From Eledone cirrhosa (lineage: Eukaryota): a stretch of 64,000 bases of DNA. The notes under the pieces are model-generated. The model saw only the letters and a list, made by a program, of their open reading frames with translations. It had not been told where the DNA came from and ran no database searches. The stretch spans positions 19,654,001-19,718,000 of the forward strand of contig OZ024765.1 of assembly GCA_964016885.1 (NCBI GenBank), written 5' to 3'. Shown piece after piece: positions 56,595 to 64,000 of this stretch (position 1 is its first letter; each line of letters opens with the position of its first letter). Position numbers and translations under genes: made by a program.

Positions 56595-56656
56595 ATTTCA
56601 TTATACATATTTCAAGGATACCAAGTTAAATTATGGTATGCCTTCATCAGACAAAA
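56595..56656 (-). ncRNA. Hammerhead, family B
   Basis: CTGATGA-AGGCATACCA...TGGTATCCTT-GAAA-TATGTA-TA. Confidence 0.7.
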
Positions 56657-57122
56657 TACAATATATACCAGTTTTATAAATAAACATTGACGTACCCTTT
56701 CAAAATGCGACCGTTACTTTTGGAAGACATCAGGATACTTGTCGAGTGCTTTATATCAGTTATAAAAATATTTACTTGTTGTATCCCAACAATTTAAATA
56801 GAACTTTTGCATATATATATATATATATATATACAGAGAGAGAGAGAGAGAGAGATGGAGAGAGAGAGATGGAGAGCGAGAGAGAGAGAGAGTGTGTGTG
56901 TGTGTGTGTGTGTGTGTGCAGGGAAGATGCAGAGTGGGTATAGAGATATGTAAAATCCTGACCATGGTGCCAAATTGTTTCGGCTCGAGCTGAAACTAGG
57001 AGCCTGGTACTGGATGGCACCATCATCATTTTATGTCCGCTTTTTCCTACTTACAAGGGTGGGATGGGTCCTACTCAGCACAGCATCTCTTCAATATATA
57101 TATATATACATACAATATATAT

Positions 57123-57480
57123 AATAATAATAATGAAATTATTGTGTAAAGTGCTCAGGTGCACTACAACTCGTCAAAGGTGTATGTATAGTACATAGAA
57201 TAATACACAAATGTCAGGGAAGTACATGTGTGTATGTGTTAGCTGTAGTGTTGGAGGATCTCGGGAAGCATGGAGGCCTTAAAGGATGCAGTGTCTCGAC
57301 AGCTAACAACTGATGCAGGTAGTTTGTTCCATGCTTCAGCAACTCTGAGCGTGAAAAAATGTTTCCGAAAGTCATGGGAACTGTGCTGTTTTCTTACTTT
57401 GTGGGCATGTCCACGTGTGTTAGACACATGGAAATCAAAAAGGTACTCAGGGTTGTTGTTGGCAACATGGTTAACAATTT
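57123..57480 (-). mobile_element. CR1-clade LINE 3' fragment
   Basis: TRGHAHK...RKHFFTLRVAEAWNKLP...FK C-terminus, short UTR and (ATT)n tail. Confidence 0.85.
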
Positions 57481-58342
57481 TGTGGAGAGGGGAAAACACA
57501 GAAGAGTGTGTTTTTCTTTACAGGAATTTCAAACCACCAGCGTGAAGAGAATATAAGCTAATAGAGGCATAGGAAAAACATTAAAATTAAAAGTATAAAT
57601 TAAAATGAGAAACCAACCTCACCTAAATCACACATGTACAAACTCACCAGGAGAATGGTTCACCATTTAAGTGGGCTCCAATTCGCCCCTGTGGGTCATC
57701 AGCATTTGTCCACACTACTAGAGGGAACTTAAGTAAACTACCCTTCGACGGAGAGATATAAGGGAAATACGTGCACGAGGCAGTAACCGGTGGCATGGAC
57801 AGAACAAGCTGCTAGAGATGGCAGCCTATACTGTTCAATTTAAGGTGCTCAACAGCAGAGAGAGCGCAAGGAGCACATATCAAGTAAAATAACAGAGCAA
57901 AGGACTCGCGTATAATCCTGTAATTAAATGAGCTCAAAGGAAAGAGTTTTCCTGGGCACTTTATATATATATATATATACATTGAGTCTGTATGTATGTA
58001 TGTGTGTGTGTGTGTGCGAGAGAGGAAAAGGGAGAGAGAGAGAGAGAAGTGAGGTATCCATAGAAATAGATAGCCAAATAATCATGAATATGCACAAATG
58101 CCACAAAATCAGACCCCACACTAACCAACACAAATCCAGCAGAATGCACACAACAATGCATACAACTTATTATATATATTCCGTCTAAATGTCAAGTAAG
58201 TTATGCTTTGTGCATACTGCAGAGTCCTTCTGTTTTTTTTATGAAATAAGGTTAAAAGAATGACCTTTTTACGTCTGCAATATCTCAGCATTTTTGGCAA
58301 AATTGCTGCCAAAAGAGTTTATTATTATTATCATTATTATCA

Positions 58343-59150
58343 AGGTGGATTAGCAGTATCGGTAGAGGGTCGGACGCCATGCTTTGACGCACAGAGTTAC
58401 GGCCCTTGCCATTCTGAGTTCAAATCCCGCCGAAGTTAACTTTGCCTTTCATCCTTACGGGGTTGATAAAATAAAGTACCAGTAATACACTGGGTAATTG
58501 CTGGCCTTGTGCCTAACGTAGAAACAATTATTATCGAGGTGGATTGGGGAATTTTTCATTGTTATTTTTTTGTTACATCCTCTGTTTTTGTTTTTTACAC
58601 GCAGAAATGCCCATTTGTACCTGCCTGTATTGTCCTGTACTGTCCTTAATGTCTACTTTATGTAAACCCTTGTGGTTAATAAAGAAAGCATTATTATCGA
58701 GGTGGATTGGCAGTATCGGTAGAGAGTTGGATGCCATGCTTTGCAGCATAGAGTTACGGCCCTTTATGATCTGAGGTCAAATCCCGCCGAGGTTAACCTT
58801 GCCTTTCATCCTCACGGGGTCGATAAAATAAAGTGCCAGTCACGCACTGGGGTAGATTTAATTGACTTTCCCCTCCCCCAAAATTGCTGGCCTTGTGCCT
58901 ATATAAGAAACGGTTATTATTATTATTATTATTAGGGCGGTGGATTGGCAGATTCGGTAGAGGGTCGGACGCCATGCTTTGACGCATTGAGTTACGACCC
59001 TTGCCATTCTGAGTTCAAATCCCGCCAAGGTTAACTTTGCCTTTCATCCTTACGGGGTCGATAAAATAAAGTACCAGTAATACACTGGGTAATTGCTGGC
59101 CTTGTGCCAAAAGTAGAAACAATTATTATTATTATTATTATTATTATAAT
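58343..59150 (+). mobile_element. Tandem cluster of three SINE A copies plus an unidentified 3'-end fragment
   Basis: Copies at ~58343, 58699 and 58934, each starting in an ATT run. Confidence 0.85.
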
Positions 59151-59175
59151 AAAGAAAACATTATTATTATTATTA

Positions 59176-59430
59176 TTGAGAGAGAGACTAAGCACAAGAG
59201 GTATCAAATGTTGTGTTCTGGAGAGGAGATTGCATTGGTATGGACATGTGATGGGTATGAAGGACGACAGCTGTATAAAAAAGTGCAGGGCAATGAAAGT
59301 GCTGGAAGCTACAGAGTGGGTAGACAAAGAAAAACCTGGGACGAGGTGATAAAAACTGACCTTGCTCACTTACACCTCTCTAAGACAATGTCACTGGATA
59401 GAGATCTTTGGCGCCATGCAGTTGTACAGA
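59176..59430 (+). mobile_element. Old RTE LINE 3' fragment
   Basis: ERRLHWYGHVM...RKTWDEVIKTDL...DRDLWR with a frameshift. Confidence 0.8.
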
Positions 59431-59726
59431 AGATCCAACTGCCATTGTATACAAACCTACACTCAGTAGGCACCTCTTAACCCAATGTACACCCTATCCT
59501 GCCACACCCTATCCCATCCTCCCTCTTCCGTTCTGTCCCATTTAAATTCTGCATAGCATCTAAAATAAGGTTTTTTCAGCCCTATACCTCAACCTCATTT
59601 GCATACTCATCTTAATAATTTGAAATATCTGACTTTTCTTCTCTTTTCCCTTCACTATCCAAGAAAAACTTGAACCATTAAGGTATCTTTTCTTGGTTAT
59701 ATCAAAATTTATAAAACAAACTTTGT

Positions 59727-59785
59727 ATTTTATCTGATGAAAGCATACCAAAGTTTTGGTACCGTTGAAATATATATAATATAAT
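59727..59785 (+). ncRNA. Hammerhead, family B, with the complete tail to ~59927
   Basis: TATTTTAT-CTGATGA-...TACCAA AGTT TTGGTA...-GAAA-TATATA-TA-ATATAATA. Confidence 0.7.
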
Positions 59786-59922
59786 AAATATAGATTTATA
59801 AATATAGTTGCCATTTATTTAATATCATTGAATATTATACTCCAGAAAACCTGTCGAGTTCTCTGAATCAGTTATAAACATTTATATTTGTTGAATTACC
59901 AACAAATTGAATATCCCTTTTG

Positions 59923-59973
<51 letters not shown>

Positions 59974-60078
59974 TTTTTTTATATATCTCTTGTATTACTT
60001 TTATTTATATATTTTTTACCCGTTAAACTCTTGCCTTTCTTGAGGAGACTTTTCAAATATTTCACTATGTTTTAAATT

Positions 60079-60147
60079 GCCTTTTCCGATGAATGAATGA
60101 GGACGTTTTTCGTATTCGTCTTATTCGGGAAACCTCTGGTAATGAGG
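60079..60147 (+). ncRNA. Hammerhead motif with CCGAUGA core
   Basis: CCTTTT-CCGATGA-..GAATGAGGACG/CGTCTTATTC..-GAAAC-CTCTG-GTA-ATGAGG. Confidence 0.55.
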
Positions 60148-60276
60148 TAATTATATTGTATTGTTTATTATACATTAAATTTTGCTCTGGTACTTACATA
60201 GAGCACTCTTCACTCCTGTGACTTTTTCAATTTTCAACGGAAACTTCAATACTTATATATATATATATATATATAT

Positions 60277-60995
60277 ATGAATAAAGTTAGTCCTTCATCA
60301 GAGATCTTCCAACCATCATTGGTATTTCATCGCTTTAAAGACCATATACCTCCGGTTGGTGCGAGCAACAGCTAAAAAAAGTCGTTGGGACACGTAAATA
60401 AAGGGGACACGAGAGTGTAAACAAACAAAGATGGTGAAGCAACGAAAAGTGAGGAAGAAAGAGTCAAGTCCCAAATTTCTATGAATATAAATTCGGTGAA
60501 ATCGTGAACGAGAGAGAATAAAGACCATCAAACCTGGTTGGAATGTGAGCAAGGAAGGAATTCCGTACAGGTCTAACGGGAGGAAGAGGGATCTAGTCTG
60601 TGAATTCAGTGAACGTAAGTTCTGTGAAATCGTAGACGAGAGAGAGAAAAAAAGCGACCTGCCTGACCAAGGGTGCGAAAGAAAAGAATTACGCACAGGT
60701 CAAACGGGGAGGAGGAGAGGTAGTAACAGAGAGTGAGTGAGTGAAGGGTGAGGAAGAGGCTAACAGAGAGAGTGACTGTTAGAGAGGGTAAAGATACAGA
60801 GAAAGAGGAAGCAGGAAGAACGAAATAGACGGGTCACAGCGGGGGGAAAAATATGTGTAAATATGAGAATAAACGTGCTGCGTGGTTGCTAATGGGTTAC
60901 ATATGAATAAAGTTAGTCCTTCATCAGTGATCTTCCAACCATCATTGGTATTTCATCGCTTTAAAGACCATATACCTCCGGTTGGTGCGAGCAAC
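60277..60995. repeat. Element bounded by 93 bp direct repeats
   Basis: 60277-60369 and 60903-60995 differ at one base. Confidence 0.8.
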
Positions 60996-61204
60996 GGAAG
61001 GGATAACAAAATATCGTTATAGGTAATCCAGTTAGAGGTTGTAATTACTTCGTATTGTGGATAGTTTTAGCGTACGCCGTTGTTTGACTCAACAAAGGGT
61101 TTATGTAGGTGGCGAGTTTATGAGTTCTCTTGTGTATATATATATATGTATATGTCTGTGTATATATATATATATGCATATATCTGTGTATATATATATA
61201 TATA

Positions 61205-61314
61205 TGTTGATTTGTTCTTCTTTTGGGATACCTTAGATATATACATATCATGATGATGATGATGATGATGATATGTATATATCTAAGGTATCCCAAAAGA
61301 AGAACAAATCAACA
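61205..61314. repeat. Perfect 47 bp inverted repeat around a (GAT)n loop
   Basis: Arms 61205-61251/61268-61314. Confidence 0.9.
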
Positions 61315-61504
61315 AGATTGGCAGCCAGAGAGTGACATGTTTAACATAAGAGGTTTCCTTCTCTTAGATGTCTCAACAAAAACTAGGGGTCCCTCACTCC
61401 GGGTGGGCTGGTCACATACTTGGGTACCAAACTGTATTTCCATATCCCCACACATGCATACATAATACATACACAAGCACACATGCAAAAGGAAAATGAA
61501 CTGC

Positions 61505-63435
61505 AACCACTAAAACAACCACAACAATAACTACAACAGCAACAACACCCACCACTACAACAGCCACCACCAACACCACCACCACAACAACAACAACCAC
61601 CACCAACACTACCACCACTACCACTACCACAGCAACAACAGCCACCACCACCACTACCACAGCAACAACAGCCACCACCACCACCAACAACACCACAACA
61701 ACAACAACCACCACCAACACCACCACCACTACCACAGCAACAACAGCTACCACAGCAACAACAGTCACCACCACCACCAACACCACCACAGCAACAACAG
61801 CCACCACCACCACCACCAATACCACCACCACCACTACCACCACCACCACTACCACCACCACCACCATCAACAACAACAACCTCACCACCATCACCACCAC
61901 CACCAATACCACCACCAGCAAGAACACCACCACCACTACCACCACCAACACCACCACCACCACAGCAACAACGGCCACCACCACCACAACGACAATCTCT
62001 GCAACACCCACAGCAACAACAACAACAACAACCACAGCAACAACAACAACAACAACAACAACCACAGCAACAACAACAACAACAACCACAGCAACAACAA
62101 TCACTACCACCCCAACAACAACCGTGTTACTGTTTCAATGTAGATCTTGCAGGTTTATAGGGTGAAGAGACATATGTTAACAACATTCACCCAAGCTCCA
62201 CCCTCAACCCACCCCACCCCACCTCGTTACACCCCACCCCACCTCATACCACCACACCCCACCCTCATTCCACCCTCATTCCACCACACCCCACCCTCAT
62301 TCCACCCTCATTCCACCACACCCCACCCTCATTCCACCCTCATTCCACCACACCCCACCCTCATTCCACCCGTTATCGTACATCAAATATTACAACACAT
62401 TTTCTAGACCCCCGCCTGTGACTCTAACCACCATAACCACAATCTTCACCACCACAACCACCACCACTACAACGTCCACCACCACCACTACAACCACCAC
62501 CACCACTACAACCATCACCACTACAACCTCCCCCACCACCACTACAACCATCACCACCACAACCATCACCACTACAACCTCCACCACCACCACTACAACC
62601 ATTACCACCACAACCATCACCACCACAACCATCACCACTACAACCTCCACCACCACCACAACCATCACCACTACAACCTCCACCAGCACCACAACCATCA
62701 CCACTACAACCTCCACCACCACCACAACCATCACCACTACAACCTCCACCAGCACCACAACCATCACCACTACAACCTCCACCACCACCACAACCATCAC
62801 CACTACAACCTCCACCACCACCACTACAACCATCACCACCACAACCATCACCACCACAACCATCACCACTACAACCTCCACCACCACCACAACCATCACC
62901 ACTACAACCTCCACCAGCACCACAACCATCACCACTACAACCTCCACCAGCACCACAACCATCACCACTACAACCTCCACCAGCACCACAACCATCACCA
63001 CTACAACCTCCACCACCACCACAACCATCACCACTACAACCTCCACCACCACCACTACAACCATCACCACCACAACCATCACCACTACAACCTCCACCAC
63101 CACCACCACAACCATCACCACTACAACCTCCACCACCTCAACCTCCACCACCACCACTACAACCATCACCACTATAACCTCCACCACCACCACCACCACC
63201 ACAACCATTACCACTATAACCTCTACCACCACCACCACAACCACCACCACCACAACCATCACCACTATAACCTCCACCACCACCACCACCACAACCATTA
63301 CCACTATAACCTCTACCACCACCACCACAACCACCACCACCACAACCACCACTACCACAACCATCACCACTATAACCTCCACCACCACCACCACAACCAG
63401 CACAACCATCACCACTATAACCTCCACCACCACTA
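61505..63435. repeat. Degenerate (ACC/AAC)n trinucleotide tracts and CCACCC repeats
   Basis: Direct inspection. Confidence 0.9.
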
Positions 63436-63507
63436 CAAGACCAACAACTGTTTATATATATATATATACGATATTAACAAATGGAAACTATATTTATAAA
63501 ACCATAT

Positions 63508-63572
63508 TTATTTCATTATACATATTTCAAGGACACCAAGTTAAATTATGGTGTGCTTTCATCAGATAAAAT
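63508..63572 (-). ncRNA. Hammerhead, family B
   Basis: CTGATGA-AAGCACACCA...TGGTGTCCTT-GAAA; compensatory pair relative to the 56595 copy. Confidence 0.7.
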
Positions 63573-63643
63573 ATAATATAGAGCAGTTTTATAAATAAAT
63601 ATATATATAGGATAGACATTGTTTTGTAAATAAACCAATTATA

Positions 63644-63823
63644 TAATTGTTTCTACTATTGGCACAAGGCCAGCAATTACCCAGTACATTACTGGTACTT
63701 TATTTTATCGACCCCGTAAGGATGAAAGGCAAAGTTAACCTCGGCGGGATTTGAACTCAGAATGTAAAGGGACATAACTATGCTAGAAAGCATGGCGTCC
63801 AACCCTCTACCGATACTGCCAAT
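63644..63823 (-). mobile_element. SINE family A
   Basis: Near-identical to the other copies. Confidence 0.85.
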
Positions 63824-64000
63824 GAATAAGAAACTAATGAGTTAATACCGCGGAATGTTACATTGATGGAATGTGGTAAATATAAGAAGGAATTGGGAGG
63901 TATTCATAGAACATCAGAGACGAGCTTACATATTGAAGCATATCTGAGGATCTTTTAATTCCAGAGTCAGGTTCGATCAATAATAGATCATTCCTCGAGC

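Noticed and set aside
57630-57710. Hammerhead-like CTGATGA...GAAC on the minus strand
   Set aside because: GAAA core and cleavage triplet are defective; stems uncertain
62418-63569. Thr-rich mucin-like ORF (383 aa)
   Set aside because: Explained by a degenerate (ACC)n repeat; no donor site, signal peptide or non-repetitive domain, and it runs into a PLE terminus

Overview
Repeat-dominated eukaryotic DNA, most likely from a coleoid cephalopod (octopus-like; inferred from the (TA)n/(CA)n density and the SINE/LINE families). Most long ORFs in the track are microsatellite artefacts. Supported content: (1) five large tandem arrays (137, 108, 72/73, 82 and 33 bp units) plus minisatellites; (2) RTE-clade and CR1-group LINE fragments and two tRNA-derived SINE families, one sharing its 3' tail with the RTE LINE; (3) a Penelope-like (PLE) GIY-YIG endonuclease fragment and about 18 minimal type I hammerhead ribozyme motifs in (TA)n-inserted PLE termini, several forming long perfect fold-backs; (4) a Helitron-like element and a tRNA-Gln pseudogene; (5) a chain of phase-compatible minus-strand exons of an unidentified gene. 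Most interesting: one RTE copy carries clustered sense-strand A>G changes that look like an ADAR hyper-edited RNA written back into the genome, and unrelated PLE families share a covarying 3'-tail hairpin located about 10 nt from the point where inverted or tailless copies end. All alignments and folds were read by eye and need computational confirmation.
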